DNA from: Erythrobacter sp.
GTDB taxonomy: Bacteria; Pseudomonadota; Alphaproteobacteria; Sphingomonadales; Sphingomonadaceae
Reading direction: 5' to 3'
Assembly (NCBI GenBank): GCA_024642335.1
Contig: JAHEBH010000002.1
Coordinates: forward strand, 6,647 to 70,646
Length of the DNA stretch: 64,000 nucleotides
This document shows positions 41,439-52,365 of the stretch, piece after piece. The notes under the pieces were generated by a model. That model saw nothing but the letters and a program-made list of their open reading frames with translations, was not told the origin of the DNA and searched no databases. Both the position numbers and the translations under genes were made by a program. Position 1 is the stretch's first letter. Every line of letters starts with the position of its first letter.

Positions 41439-41563
41439 GCGACCAGCACCGTGGCAGCCTGGACCTGCGGGATGGCAAAATAGCTCACCATGATGGCCAT
41501 GGACATGGCAACGGCGCCGAAAGCGGCCATGGCACGGTGGAGAACATTGGTTTCTTCGGACAT
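41435..41563 (-). CDS. 42-aa hydrophobic protein
   Basis: Not in the ORF track. GAGGGAG RBS; MSEETNVLHRAMAAFGAVAMSMAIMVSYFAIPQVQAATVLVA; ATGA overlap with the PspC-domain gene. Confidence 0.75.
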   Translation of the reverse strand: MSEETNVLHRAMAAFGAVAMSMAIMVSYFAIPQVQAATVLVA

Positions 41564-41618
41564 TTCTTAACTCCCTCTAGCTTGGATCGAACAATCATTC
41601 GCTCGATACCACAACCAT

Positions 41619-41659
41619 TGCAGAGGGTGTGCCAGTTTAAGAAAATGGCGGATTTCTGC
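41619..41659 (-). promoter_or_regulatory. Putative sigma54 promoter with conserved upstream 12-mer
   Basis: Minus strand GCAGAAATCCGC-N13-TGGCAC-ACCCT-CTGCA. Confidence 0.7.
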
Positions 41660-41693
41660 CATTCTTGTTCAGGATAACGAAAGGTTCCACAAA

Positions 41694-41724
41694 TAGTGAT
41701 ACTGAACATTGGTATTTTTCACCA
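41694..41724. promoter_or_regulatory. PspF-UAS-like sites
   Basis: Minus strand TGGTGAAAAATACCAA is 13/16 identical to the site at 31037, followed by a ...TCACTA half-site. Confidence 0.6.
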
Positions 41725-41787
41725 ATATTTAGAAAGTTGATTTTCATGGCTTCAAACGTGCCGCTCGCCTAGTCATCATATCGCACC

Positions 41788-42873
41788 ATGGCGCTCGACC
41801 GGATCACCCTTTCCACATTCCGCAACCATGCCGATACGCGGCTTGACGGCACTGCGCATTTCAACCTGCTTGTCGGGGAAAATGGCGCGGGCAAGACCAA
41901 CGTGCTCGAGGCGCTCTCGCTCTTTGCGCCAGGACGGGGCCTGCGACGCGCGGCATTGGGCGAGATGGCGGGACAGGCAGGCGAAGGCAGCTTTGCGGCA
42001 AGTGCGCAGCTCGATCCGGGTGATGGCTCTTCCCCGGTCAGGATAGGCACGGGCACCATGCCCGAACGGCTTGGCCGCCGCATCGTCCAGATCAACGGTG
42101 CGGAAAGCAGCGCGCTGGAACTGGGTGAATGGCTCGCTGTCGGCTGGCTTACACCAACCATGGACCGCATCTTCAATGACAGCGCCTCTGCACGGCGGCG
42201 TTATCTTGACCGGTTGACGGTTGCCCTGGACCCAGGCCACGCGCGGCATGCCTCGCGATACGAGGCTGCCCTGAGGGAGAGAAACAGGCTGCTTTCCGAC
42301 CCCGCAGACCCCGACCAGACGTGGCTCGATTCCATCGAAGCGCAGCTTGCCGAAGCTGGCGCCTTGCTCACCATGGGTCGTGCTGCACTCGTGAACCGCC
42401 TGTCGTCCGAGCTGGCGCACCTGTCTCCGCAGCCCTTCGCCCTGCCGCGCCTCACCTACCAGCCAGGCGGACCGGCATCACAGGCAGAACTGGCGGCCGA
42501 ACTTGCGCGCCACCGCCGCCGCGACCGGGCGGCGCAACGCACGCTGACCGGGCCGCATCGCGATGAGCTGGATGTCGTTTTGGATGGCAAGGAGGTGCCT
42601 GCAGCGCAGTGTTCCACTGGCGAACAGAAGGCGATGCTGATCGCGATCACGCTTGCCCATGCCGGACTTGCGGCAGGAGGCAGACCCAGCCTGTTGCTGC
42701 TCGATGAAGTCGCTGCCCATCTCGATCCCATTCGCCGTGCGGCGCTGTTCGAGCGGCTGCGTGAAGGCGGCGCACAAGTGTGGCTGACGGGAACCGAGAG
42801 CGCCCCGTTCGACGATATCGCCAAGGAGGCCGCCGTGTGGCGCGTCTCCGGCGGCGCGGTGGAGCGACTTTAG
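41788..42873 (+). CDS. recF: DNA replication and repair protein RecF
   Basis: FRNH, GENGAGKTNVLEALS, RRRYLDR, GPHRD, CSTGEQK, LLLDEVAAHLD. Confidence 0.97.
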   Translation: MALDRITLSTFRNHADTRLDGTAHFNLLVGENGAGKTNVLEALSLFAPGRGLRRAALGEMAGQAGEGSFAASAQLDPGDGSSPVRIGTGTMPERLGRRIVQINGAESSALELGEWLAVGWLTPTMDRIFNDSASARRRYLDRLTVALDPGHARHASRYEAALRERNRLLSDPADPDQTWLDSIEAQLAEAGALLTMGRAALVNRLSSELAHLSPQPFALPRLTYQPGGPASQAELAAELARHRRRDRAAQRTLTGPHRDELDVVLDGKEVPAAQCSTGEQKAMLIAITLAHAGLAAGGRPSLLLLDEVAAHLDPIRRAALFERLREGGAQVWLTGTESAPFDDIAKEAAVWRVSGGAVERL

Positions 42874-43574
42874 GCCCCGTTCGGCAAGGCCGCAGCAACA
42901 GATCCGACCGTCGCGGCCACAATCTCCTCGATCCCTTCGGCAGTCGGGTGGATACGGTCCGGCAGGATCAGCTCGGGCTTGTCATAAACCGATTCAAGGA
43001 AGAAGGGCACAAGTGCCGTATCGAACTCTGCTGCCAGCGCAGGATAAATCCCATCGAATTCTTCCTGATACTCCACCCCCATGTTGGGCGGCGCGCGCAT
43101 CCCCATGAGCAGCACAGGAATATCGCGAGAGGTCAGTTCCTCAAGGATCGCCGCCAGATTCTCGCGCGTCTGGTCGGGCGTTATCCCGCGTAGCAGGTCA
43201 TTGCCGCCCAGTTCGACCAGCGCCAGGTCGGGCCGCTGCTCCAGATTATCAAGCAGGAATGCAATTCGCTGTCGGCCCGCCGCAGTCGTCTCACCCGATA
43301 CAGCCGCATCCATCACGCGGGCGTTGACGCCCTGCCCCCGCAGGCTGGCCTGCAGTTTTTCGGGATAGCCCTCGTGCTCTTCCAGATTGTAGCCAGCGAA
43401 AAGGCTGTCGCCGAAGGCAAGGATATGGTGCTCCGGCCCGATCACCGGAAGCACTTCCTCGATCGGCGGCGGCTCGGTGGCTGCAAAATCTTCCGCCGGT
43501 GCCTCGGCACCGCAAGCCACCAGGCCTGCTGAAGCCGCAAGCGACAGGATCAGACGCACAGACAATCGATACAT
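42870..43574 (-). CDS. Arylesterase (SGNH/GDSL, TesA-like), probable lipoprotein
   Basis: LVAC lipobox, AFGDSL, VSGETT, ELGGND, DRIHPT. Confidence 0.9.
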   Translation of the reverse strand: MYRLSVRLILSLAASAGLVACGAEAPAEDFAATEPPPIEEVLPVIGPEHHILAFGDSLFAGYNLEEHEGYPEKLQASLRGQGVNARVMDAAVSGETTAAGRQRIAFLLDNLEQRPDLALVELGGNDLLRGITPDQTRENLAAILEELTSRDIPVLLMGMRAPPNMGVEYQEEFDGIYPALAAEFDTALVPFFLESVYDKPELILPDRIHPTAEGIEEIVAATVGSVAAALPNGA

Positions 43575-43627
43575 TTCGTTACTACCGCTACCTTTCAATT
43601 CCTGCATAGCTATGCCATCTCCCGATT

Positions 43628-44329
43628 GTGACAAGCCCCCCGGACAATTCATTCGCCATCGAGGCGCGTAATCTGAAGCTGACTCTCGGCAAGGGAGACG
43701 CAGCGGTCGATATCCTGCGGGGTATCGACCTGACCGTCCCTTCCGGCCAAACGCTCGCCCTTCTTGGCCCCTCGGGGTCGGGCAAGAGCTCGCTTATGGC
43801 GGTACTCACCGGGCTTGAGCGTGCCACATCAGGTTCGCTCGATGTCGCAGGCGCCGACTTTGCCCATCTGGACGAAGATGCACTCGCCCTCGCCCGTCGC
43901 GGCAGGATCGGCATCGTGCTGCAGGCCTTCCATCTCCTGCCCACCATGACCGCGCAGGAGAACGTAGCCACGCCGCTGGAACTGGCTGGAGTGAAAGGTG
44001 CGTGGGAACGCGCGGCAGAGGAACTGGAGGCCGTCGGCCTCGGCCATCGCCTGACGCACTACCCCGCGCAGCTTTCGGGCGGTGAACAGCAACGCGTCGC
44101 CATTGCCCGCGCCATCGCCCCGCGTCCGCCATTGATCTTTGCCGACGAGCCGACCGGCAATCTCGACGCCTCTACCGGCACCAGCATCGTGGATGTCCTT
44201 TTCCGTCGCCGCGAGGAGACCGGGGCGACGCTGATCATCATTACCCATGACAAGAGCCTGGCCGAGAAATGCGATCGGGTGGTGACGCTGGCAGACGGCT
44301 TGATCGCTTCCGATAGCACAGCTGCATGA
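43628..44329 (+). CDS. ABC transporter ATP-binding protein (YbbA-like)
   Basis: [27 protein letters not shown]; divergent from the arylesterase. Confidence 0.93.
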   Translation: MTSPPDNSFAIEARNLKLTLGKGDAAVDILRGIDLTVPSGQTLALLGPSGSGKSSLMAVLTGLERATSGSLDVAGADFAHLDEDALALARRGRIGIVLQAFHLLPTMTAQENVATPLELAGVKGAWERAAEELEAVGLGHRLTHYPAQLSGGEQQRVAIARAIAPRPPLIFADEPTGNLDASTGTSIVDVLFRRREETGATLIIITHDKSLAEKCDRVVTLADGLIASDSTAA

Positions 44330-46845
44330 GCACGCTGGGCTGGGCACAGGCCTGGGCCATCGCCCGCCGCGACCTGCACCGGCAGTTTCGCGGTCTGCGA
44401 TTGCTGCTGGTATGCTTGTTCCTGGGCGTTGGCGCGCTGGCAGCCATCGGTTCTCTTACTTCCGCCATCCGCAGCGAACTCGATTCGCAAGGGCAGGTGC
44501 TGCTGGGCGGTGATTTCGAGGTCGAGGTCTATCAGCGCGCCCTGACCGAGGAGGAGAATGCCTTCCTGGGTGAGTATGGCGAGCTGTCGCAAGGCCTGCG
44601 CATGCAGGCCATGGCGAGCACAGAGGATGCTGCAGCCCCCATCGAACTGAAGGCCGTACAGAATAACTGGCCGCTTTATGGTGCATTGACGCTGATCGAC
44701 GGGCGCAGCGTGGGGGCGCCAACGGGCGATGATGCATGGGTGGCCGAGGGAGTGGCGGACCGCCTGTCGCTGCAGGTTGGCGACAGTTTCAATCTCGGCC
44801 GCACCCCGCTGACAGTCGCAGGCATCATCGATGAGGAACCGGACCGGCTGAGTGAAGGCTTCTCGCTCGGCCAGACGGTGATCGTGCCTTACGCAATACC
44901 CGAGCAGGCCGGACTGACCCTGCCCGGCGCGATGTATGAAACCAAGACGCGGCTCCGCTTCGACGGCAATTTCGATCCCGACACGGTCGAGGAAGCGGTG
45001 GCGGAGGCCTTTCCGGAAGCTGGCCTTGATATCCGCACGCGCGACCGTGCATCTCCGGGCGCAGAACGCTTCGTCAGCCGGATGGGCGAATTCCTGACTC
45101 TGGTTGGCCTCGCCGCGCTGGTCATCGCCGGAATCGGTATCGGCGGGGGCGTATCCTCCTACCTCGATGCCCGCCGCGCCAGCATCGCAACACTCAAGAT
45201 CCTCGGCGCCACAAGCAAGGACATAGCCCGCATATACACGCTGCAGATCGGGTCCGCCGCCGTTCTGGGGGCGGTAGCAGGCCTGTTGGCGGGCATAATG
45301 GTTACCCCGCTTCTGGCCGGCGCCCTGGGGTCGCTCCTGCCCGTGGATAATGCACTCGTACTCGATCCGGGGGCGCTAATGCGTGCTGCTGCCTTCGGCC
45401 TGCTGGTGGCACTGATATTTGCCGCGCCGCCAATCCTGCGCGCCCGTGAATTTCCCGCCATGGCGCTGATGCGGTCGCGCGTTTCACCCGTCGCCGAAGG
45501 CTGGAGGAACGCGGCATTGCCTGTTGCCGTGGGCCTTGCCGGGATTGCGCTGCTCGCGCTCGTCGGTTCTCCCACGCCGGGCCTATCGGCATTGTTCATG
45601 GGCGGTGCGCTCGTCATGCTCGGCCTGCTCGCGCTGCTGGGCAGGCTGATCCGCTGGGCGGCGATGAAATCCCCTCGCCCCTCCAATCCCATCGTGCGTG
45701 CCGCGCTGGCTAATCTCTACCGACCGGGCTCTGCCACCGGAGCGCTGGTGACGGCACTCGGTTTCGGGCTTGCCGCATTCGTGTTGCTGGCGGGCGTCCA
45801 GACCAGCCTCAACGGCAATATCGAACGTTCGGTTCCCGCCATCGCGCCCGACTATTTCGTGCTCGACCTGCCAGTAGACCGCGTGGACGAATTCACCGCA
45901 ATGGTGGAGGAGGCCGCGCCCGGATCGCAGATCAACGCCACGCCCACGTTGCGCGGGACGGTGATCGCCTATGGGCCAGAGGACAACCCCAGTGTCGTCG
46001 CCGAGATGGAGGAAGTCCCGGAAGGCGCATGGGGCCTGCGCGGCGAGCGCGGGCTGACCTATTCCACCGATGTGCCGCAGGGTAATGTGCTGACCCGGGG
46101 CGAATGGTGGGAAGACGGATATGCCGGGGAACCGCTGGTCTCGATCGATGAAGAGCTTGCCAACGCGGCAGGCCTGCGGATCGGTGATATCATCACGGTC
46201 AATCTCCTGGGTGTGCAGAAGACTGCGCGCATCGCTAATTTCCGGCGGCTCGACTGGGAAAGTCTGGGCTTCAACTATGTCTTCGTCTTCTCGCCCAATA
46301 CACTGGCCGATGCGCCTCACAATGTCGCCGCCACGGTGGCTTTCCCCAGCGGGTCCGAGCCCGGCACCTTGCTGCGCGATCTGGCGCGCGCCTTTCCTTC
46401 CAGTTCCGTGATAGAGGTAGGCCCGATACTGAGCGAAGCGCGCAATATCCTCGACCAGGTGGCGCTGGCCATTCTCGCGGCGGCATCGGTGGCGGTGCTG
46501 GCGGGCATTGCAGTTCTGCTGGGCGCCATCGCGGCGGCACGTGCGGCGCGCATTTATGACACGGTGATCCTGCGTGTATTGGGTGCCAGCCGCGGGCAAC
46601 TGCTGGGCCTGCAGTTTGCCGAATTCGGCCTGCTGGCCGTGCTGCTGGCGGGCGTGGCACTGGCGCTGGGGATCGGCATTTCCTGGCTGATCATCACGCA
46701 GCTGTTTGAGTTCGAATGGCTGCCCGACTGGACGGAGATTTTCGCCGTGCTGGGTGCAGGAATCGGCCTGGTGCTGGTCTTCGCCTTCGCCGCCTCCCTA
46801 CCGGTTCTGCGCGCCAAGCCGGCCCAGACATTGCGGTCTCTCTGA
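44326..46845 (+). CDS. ABC transporter permease (YbbP-like)
   Basis: 839 aa with two FtsX-like repeats (IATLKILGA; VILRVLGASR), LLGGD. Confidence 0.92.
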   Translation: MSTLGWAQAWAIARRDLHRQFRGLRLLLVCLFLGVGALAAIGSLTSAIRSELDSQGQVLLGGDFEVEVYQRALTEEENAFLGEYGELSQGLRMQAMASTEDAAAPIELKAVQNNWPLYGALTLIDGRSVGAPTGDDAWVAEGVADRLSLQVGDSFNLGRTPLTVAGIIDEEPDRLSEGFSLGQTVIVPYAIPEQAGLTLPGAMYETKTRLRFDGNFDPDTVEEAVAEAFPEAGLDIRTRDRASPGAERFVSRMGEFLTLVGLAALVIAGIGIGGGVSSYLDARRASIATLKILGATSKDIARIYTLQIGSAAVLGAVAGLLAGIMVTPLLAGALGSLLPVDNALVLDPGALMRAAAFGLLVALIFAAPPILRAREFPAMALMRSRVSPVAEGWRNAALPVAVGLAGIALLALVGSPTPGLSALFMGGALVMLGLLALLGRLIRWAAMKSPRPSNPIVRAALANLYRPGSATGALVTALGFGLAAFVLLAGVQTSLNGNIERSVPAIAPDYFVLDLPVDRVDEFTAMVEEAAPGSQINATPTLRGTVIAYGPEDNPSVVAEMEEVPEGAWGLRGERGLTYSTDVPQGNVLTRGEWWEDGYAGEPLVSIDEELANAAGLRIGDIITVNLLGVQKTARIANFRRLDWESLGFNYVFVFSPNTLADAPHNVAATVAFPSGSEPGTLLRDLARAFPSSSVIEVGPILSEARNILDQVALAILAAASVAVLAGIAVLLGAIAAARAARIYDTVILRVLGASRGQLLGLQFAEFGLLAVLLAGVALALGIGISWLIITQLFEFEWLPDWTEIFAVLGAGIGLVLVFAFAASLPVLRAKPAQTLRSL

Positions 46846-46904
46846 CAAGAATGGGGCGGCCAGAGCGCTGACTCCGATCGCCCTTCCAACCACGAAACCT
46901 GTAT

Positions 46905-47375
46905 TTATTCGAATGTTGCAGCGTGATTGCCGGCTGGCGGTCCAACATGCACCAGCGTACCGGCGATCATGTCATGCAGCCCCTGCCTACGCTCGGTAAA
47001 GGCCACCATGATGTAGCCGATACACAGGATGACACCCGAAATGATCTTGGCGAAATAGCGACCCATTGCCCGCAGAAAACTGATCCGGTTGCCGGAAAGG
47101 TCCGTCACCACCATGCCCAGCGCCTTCTTGCCCAGCGTGGCCTGCATGGAAGAACTCTCCAGCCCGGCAAAATAGGCGATGCCCATAAGCAGGCCGATTG
47201 CACCACTTCCTGCGTCGTTTGCCGTGTAGGAATAGGATGCCGACATATCTCCAAATTCGGAAACTGTGGTGCCAAAGCCAAAGACCGAACTAACCACATT
47301 GATCGCGATCCCCAGCAGGATCACGTCGATCAGATAGGCCCCCACCCTGCGCCAGAAACCGCCAAAATATTCCAT
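46905..47375 (-). CDS. RDD family protein
   Basis: GFWRRVGAYLID, QATLGKKALG..V, RRQGLHDMIAGT.V. Confidence 0.9.
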   Translation of the reverse strand: MEYFGGFWRRVGAYLIDVILLGIAINVVSSVFGFGTTVSEFGDMSASYSYTANDAGSGAIGLLMGIAYFAGLESSSMQATLGKKALGMVVTDLSGNRISFLRAMGRYFAKIISGVILCIGYIMVAFTERRQGLHDMIAGTLVHVGPPAGNHAATFE

Positions 47376-47460
47376 ATAACCCCTCCTGAAATTGAACGCG
47401 CCCGAGAAGACTACAATTTGTTCAACGAAGCAAATCGGGCTGTGCAAAACCGGGAACACA

Positions 47461-47490
47461 AAAATAAAAGGGGGCCGCGAAGCCCCCTTT
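47461..47490 (-). terminator. Intrinsic terminator after the TonB-dependent receptor
   Basis: GGGGGC-loop-GCCCCC hairpin followed by UUUUAUUUU on the minus strand. Confidence 0.75.
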
Positions 47491-47515
47491 CCCAAGTACA
47501 TATTGAAGTTCAGTC

Positions 47516-50164
47516 TCAGAACCGCTTGCGGATCGTTGCTCCATAGGTGCGCGGCTGGTTGGGATAGGTCGAAATCGATTTCGGCTGGCCGGGTGAGTCG
47601 AACAGCGACAACATGTAGCGATCGTTGAGCAGGTTGCGTCCCCAGACCGAGATATCGAGATCGAGATCGATGAAGCTATAGGTCAGCGATGCGGAAAGTT
47701 CGTCAACCTGGCGACGGTATGGCGCTGCGGCAGCGATCGCTGCAGCCTGCCCGCCATCGAGGAAGCCCGGCAGGCCTTCGAGCACGGCGACATCGGATTC
47801 GAAATGGTACGTCGTGCGCGCCGTGAGCAAGTCGCCGTTGCCCAGGTCCTGCTCCCATTGTGCCCCCATGACCACGGTCCATTCCGGAATTCCTGCAGGC
47901 GTGGTGCCCGACAGGTCGCCCACGGTCGACTGTTCGAAACTGACATACTCCGGATCAAGCCAGGTCACAGCAAAGTTCAGGGTAAGCGGATCGATCGGAT
48001 TGGCGAGCGTTTCCAGTTCAACACCATAGGTACGCTGCTTGCCCGCATTGGCCAGCAGGAAGCCGGTGCCAGTAAAAATGTTGGACTGGAAGCCATTGAT
48101 ATCCTGACGGAATACCGTCAGATTGGCTGAAATGACATCCCAATTGCCCTTGAGGCCAAACTCGATGACTTCGGATGTTTCCGGTCCGGCAAACCGGCTG
48201 CCGTATTCCAGGTTGTTGACAAGCAGGCCTGCCGACTCCAGCGCAGCTGCGTCCGAAGCCAGAGGCCGGCTGTCACGACCAAGGTTGAAGGAACTCGCCT
48301 TGAAACCTGTCGCATAGCTCGCATAGAGATTCAGGTCCGGGTTCACGTCATAGGCCAGCCGGATGGTGTAGGCGAAGTCATCATCATCGGTCTTGCCGTC
48401 TTCCACCGAATTGGGAATGTTGATGAAGGGCGGGAAAAGCTGCAGCGGCAGTCCGACCAGGAACGGATTGACGTTGGGATCAGCATCATTGGCATCGGCA
48501 AAGGCTTGTGCGCCAGCAGAAACAAGCTGGAATGCGGCCGGATTATTCGCGGCAAAAGCGCCGACTTCCGCCGGAGTGGCTGGACGCCCGAGCATCAGCA
48601 GATTGCCAACCGTGGTCGAAACACCCGTTGCGTAAATGGCACGATTGCCGGCATCGTACAGGTCAATGGAAGAGAAGACATCCGACGCCTCGTAGTCAGT
48701 CACGGCGCGCTTCTTGTCCATCGTGTAGTTGCCGCCAAGCGTCAGTACCAGGCGGTCGGACAGTTCGATGTCTACCTGTCCGAAGATAGAAAGCGCATCG
48801 TTGGAAAGCTGGAAGGTGCCCGTTTCTGCAAGGCCGGCAGCTGCAAACTGACCGATATACTGCGTGGGATCGCCGTAAAGCGCACCTATCGTCTGTTCGA
48901 TAAATTGCACGGTGCTGCCGGAACCGTTGCCGCCCGCGCTCAGGTCGGCATAGCTGCGGAAGCTGTTGCCGATCACGATGTCCTGGAACTCGTCGATCTT
49001 TTCGTCGAAATAGAACAGCCCGCCCAGCGCAGTCACGGGGCCCCATTGACCCGAGACACGGAATTCCTGCGTGAAGGTTTCCAGCTTCTGGTCCTGGAAG
49101 CGGCCCAGCAGATCGAGCGAGGTGAAATCGACGTCCTGCGCATAGGCTGCATCGGTTTCTCGATAGGCGGTGATGGATGTCAACGTGACGTCGTTCAGGT
49201 CCAGGTCGAACTGGCCGGAAACGCCGTAATTCTCGATCTCGTTTGTCGAGGGGAAATTGTTGTAGACCAAGCCGCCATAGGGGTCGTCTGCGTCATTGAC
49301 CATGCCGCCCAGCGCGAAGATTGCCAGAGTAGCGGGTGACTGCCGTACATTGACGACGCCGCAGCAATTTTCGTCGATGCTGTCATAGTCGGCGATGAGG
49401 CGTGCAGTGAAATTGTCGCCGTTGTCATACAGGGCCTGGCCGCGAACGAACCAGCGATCCCGCTCATTCGTGCGAGAATTGGACGCGGGATCGACATTGT
49501 AGCCATCACGGGAAGAAAAGCCCCCGGCAAGGCTCAGCGCCACGTCTTCCGATACCGGGCCGCTGACATACCCGCGCGCCACCAGCGCATCGAGATTGCC
49601 ATAGGAGAATTCGGCCGAGCCTTCGGGCGTAAAGGATGGCGCGCTGGTGACCAGGGAGATAACGCCGGCCGAAGCATTCTTGCCGAACAGGGTCGACTGC
49701 GGCCCGCGCAGGACTTCGATACGGCTGACATTGGGTATGTCGTTGATCTGCGCCGCTGTTCGGGAACGATAGACACCATCGACAAAGACGCCGACCGAAG
49801 GTTCGATACCGGCGTTGTTCGCACCGTTGCCGAAGCCGCGAATGATGAAGTTGGTATTGGCCGAGCTTTGCAGCTGCGTGACGCGCAGCGAGGGGACGAT
49901 AGTCTGCAGGTCTTTCAGGTCGCGGATTTCCTCACGCGCCAGGGTCTCTGCAGTAGCAACTGAGACGGCGACCGGTATCTCCTGCAATGTCGCTTCACGT
50001 TTGGTGGCGGTGACGATGATCTCATTGCCGAATGCCTCATCCTCATCCTCAGCAGTCCCGGCATCCTGCGCCTGGGCAGCGAACGGCAAAGTCAACGCAA
50101 CAGATGCAACGCCACACAGAAACACGCGGGCAAGGTTAACGGAACCCAAGCTGCGAATTTTCAT
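47516..50164 (-). CDS. TonB-dependent receptor
   Basis: Signal peptide, EIIVTATKRE, IRGFG, VGVFVDGVY, IEVLRGPQSTLFGKNASAG, C-terminal RTYGATIRKRF. Confidence 0.95.
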   Translation of the reverse strand: MKIRSLGSVNLARVFLCGVASVALTLPFAAQAQDAGTAEDEDEAFGNEIIVTATKREATLQEIPVAVSVATAETLAREEIRDLKDLQTIVPSLRVTQLQSSANTNFIIRGFGNGANNAGIEPSVGVFVDGVYRSRTAAQINDIPNVSRIEVLRGPQSTLFGKNASAGVISLVTSAPSFTPEGSAEFSYGNLDALVARGYVSGPVSEDVALSLAGGFSSRDGYNVDPASNSRTNERDRWFVRGQALYDNGDNFTARLIADYDSIDENCCGVVNVRQSPATLAIFALGGMVNDADDPYGGLVYNNFPSTNEIENYGVSGQFDLDLNDVTLTSITAYRETDAAYAQDVDFTSLDLLGRFQDQKLETFTQEFRVSGQWGPVTALGGLFYFDEKIDEFQDIVIGNSFRSYADLSAGGNGSGSTVQFIEQTIGALYGDPTQYIGQFAAAGLAETGTFQLSNDALSIFGQVDIELSDRLVLTLGGNYTMDKKRAVTDYEASDVFSSIDLYDAGNRAIYATGVSTTVGNLLMLGRPATPAEVGAFAANNPAAFQLVSAGAQAFADANDADPNVNPFLVGLPLQLFPPFINIPNSVEDGKTDDDDFAYTIRLAYDVNPDLNLYASYATGFKASSFNLGRDSRPLASDAAALESAGLLVNNLEYGSRFAGPETSEVIEFGLKGNWDVISANLTVFRQDINGFQSNIFTGTGFLLANAGKQRTYGVELETLANPIDPLTLNFAVTWLDPEYVSFEQSTVGDLSGTTPAGIPEWTVVMGAQWEQDLGNGDLLTARTTYHFESDVAVLEGLPGFLDGGQAAAIAAAAPYRRQVDELSASLTYSFIDLDLDISVWGRNLLNDRYMLSLFDSPGQPKSISTYPNQPRTYGATIRKRF

Positions 50165-50459
50165 ATATCTCTCCATCTCTCCCACCGGCCGCAACTTGCC
50201 GTATTTCGGTCATAATGTTGCATCCGAAACCATTGAATAGTCCCTTGAACCTAGGGGACGCAATCATTTAGATGATAACTCGGTTGCATTTGAAACTGGA
50301 CCTGTAACAAATCGGCCACATGGCCTTTCGGGCAGGAGCAATGTCCGCGAGGTTCCTTCGTGCTTGCGAGCAGCAGCCGCCTCGGCTAGAGGGCGCGGGA
50401 ATTTCAGGGCGAAGGAGCAAGGCTCTCGCCTCCAACCAAGCTAAACCAAGGTTTTCCCT

Positions 50460-52286
50460 ATGTCCGCGCCCCTCCGCAATGTGGCGATCATTGCCCACGT
50501 CGATCATGGCAAGACCACACTGGTCGACCAGCTCTTCCGCCAGTCCGGCACCTTCCGCGACAACCAGCGGGTGGAAGAACGCGCGATGGATTCCAACGAT
50601 CTGGAAAAGGAACGCGGGATCACCATCCTGGCGAAGTGCACCAGCGTGGAATGGAACGGCACGCGAATCAATATTGTCGACACACCCGGCCACGCCGACT
50701 TCGGCGGTGAGGTGGAACGCATCCTCTCAATGGTCGATGGGGTGATCCTGCTGGTTGACAGTTCCGAAGGTGCCATGCCGCAGACCAAGTTCGTGACCGG
50801 AAAGGCGCTGTCGCTGGGCCTCAGGCCGATCGTGGTGGTCAACAAGGTCGATCGCCCTGACGAACGCATCCAGGAGGTGCTGGACGAGGTGTTCGACCTG
50901 TTCGTCAGCCTCGATGCCAATGACGAGCAGCTCGATTTCCCTGTGCTCTATGCCTCGGGCCGCAATGGCTATGCCAATGAAGACCCGTCCCTGCGCGAAG
51001 GCACACTGAATCCGTTGTTCCAGAAGATCGTGGACCATGTGCCGGCCCCCAGCGCGGATGAGGATGGCCCGTTCAAATTCCTCGTCACCCTGCTTGATCG
51101 CGACAATTTCCTCGGCCGCATCCTGACCGGCCTGGTGTTTTCCGGCTCGATCAAGGTCAATGACCCGATCCACGCACTCGATGCCTCGGGCAAGGTGGTG
51201 GAAACGGGCCGCGCTTCCAAGCTGATGGCATTCCGCGGACTCGAGCGCGTGCCGGTCGATGAAGCCAGGGCGGGAGACATCATTTCCATTGCGGGACTGA
51301 CCACGGCCACGGTGTCCAATACCATAGCCAATCCTTCGGTCACCGAGCCGCTGCAGGCCCAGCCGATCGATCCGCCGACGCTGTCGATGCGCTTTGCCGT
51401 CAACGACAGCCCGCTGGCGGGCCGCGAGGGCAGCAAGGTGACAAGCCGCATGATCCGTGACCGACTGGAGCGCGAAGCCGAATCGAACGTCGCCATCAAG
51501 GTCACCGAAAGCGAGGACAAGGACAGTTTCGAGGTCGCCGGGCGCGGCGAACTGCAGCTGGGCGTGCTGATCGAAACCATGCGCCGCGAAGGCTTCGAAC
51601 TGGGCATCAGCCGCCCGAAGGTGATCTTCCGCACCGACGAGGCGGGCAACCGCACCGAGCCCTATGAGACCGTGGTGATCGACGTGGATGACGAGCACTC
51701 GGGCACGGTCGTCGAGAAGATGGCGCAGCGCAAGGCCGAGCTGACCGACATGCGCCCCAGCGGCGGCGGCAAGACGCGCATCACCTTCTCCGCCCCCTCG
51801 CGCGGCCTGATCGGCTATCATGGCGAATTCCTGTCCGACACGCGCGGCACGGGCATCATGAACCGCCTGTTCGAGAAGTATGGCCCCTACAAGGGCCGCA
51901 TCGAAGGCCGCATCAACGGCGTGCTGATCTCCATGGAAGCGGGCGACGCGGTGGCCTATTCGCTCAACATGCTGGAAGAACGCGGCGTGCTGTTCATCGG
52001 CAGCGGCACCAAGCTCTATGAAGGCATGATCATCGGCGAGAACGCCAAGCCCGATGATCTTGAGGTCAACCCGATGAAGTCCAAGCAGCTGACCAACTTC
52101 CGCTCCAGCGGCAAGGACGATGCCATCCGCCTGACTCCACCGCGCCAGATGACGCTGGAACAGGCCATCGCCTATATTGACGATGACGAGATGGTGGAGG
52201 TCACCCCGCAGTCTATCCGCCTGCGCAAGGTCTACCTCGATCCGCATGAGCGCAAGCGCCACAAGCGCAAGGCCGAAGCTGCCTGA
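50460..52286 (+). CDS. typA: Translational GTPase TypA/BipA
   Basis: [53 protein letters not shown]. Confidence 0.98.
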   Translation: MSAPLRNVAIIAHVDHGKTTLVDQLFRQSGTFRDNQRVEERAMDSNDLEKERGITILAKCTSVEWNGTRINIVDTPGHADFGGEVERILSMVDGVILLVDSSEGAMPQTKFVTGKALSLGLRPIVVVNKVDRPDERIQEVLDEVFDLFVSLDANDEQLDFPVLYASGRNGYANEDPSLREGTLNPLFQKIVDHVPAPSADEDGPFKFLVTLLDRDNFLGRILTGLVFSGSIKVNDPIHALDASGKVVETGRASKLMAFRGLERVPVDEARAGDIISIAGLTTATVSNTIANPSVTEPLQAQPIDPPTLSMRFAVNDSPLAGREGSKVTSRMIRDRLEREAESNVAIKVTESEDKDSFEVAGRGELQLGVLIETMRREGFELGISRPKVIFRTDEAGNRTEPYETVVIDVDDEHSGTVVEKMAQRKAELTDMRPSGGGKTRITFSAPSRGLIGYHGEFLSDTRGTGIMNRLFEKYGPYKGRIEGRINGVLISMEAGDAVAYSLNMLEERGVLFIGSGTKLYEGMIIGENAKPDDLEVNPMKSKQLTNFRSSGKDDAIRLTPPRQMTLEQAIAYIDDDEMVEVTPQSIRLRKVYLDPHERKRHKRKAEAA

Positions 52287-52365
52287 TCTGCAGAGCAACT
52301 CAAGCTAGCCCTCGCGCGTCATAATTGCGCTTGCGCGGCGCCAAACATCCTGTTTTTCATGGCGA

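Noticed and set aside
42870-46845. Arylesterase divergent from an ABC transporter
   Set aside because: Same arrangement as the widespread tesA-ybbAP locus; not unusual
50270-50291. Fur-like box (GATGATAACTCGGTTGCATT) upstream of the TonB receptor
   Set aside because: Only a partial palindrome; too weak to call without a matrix
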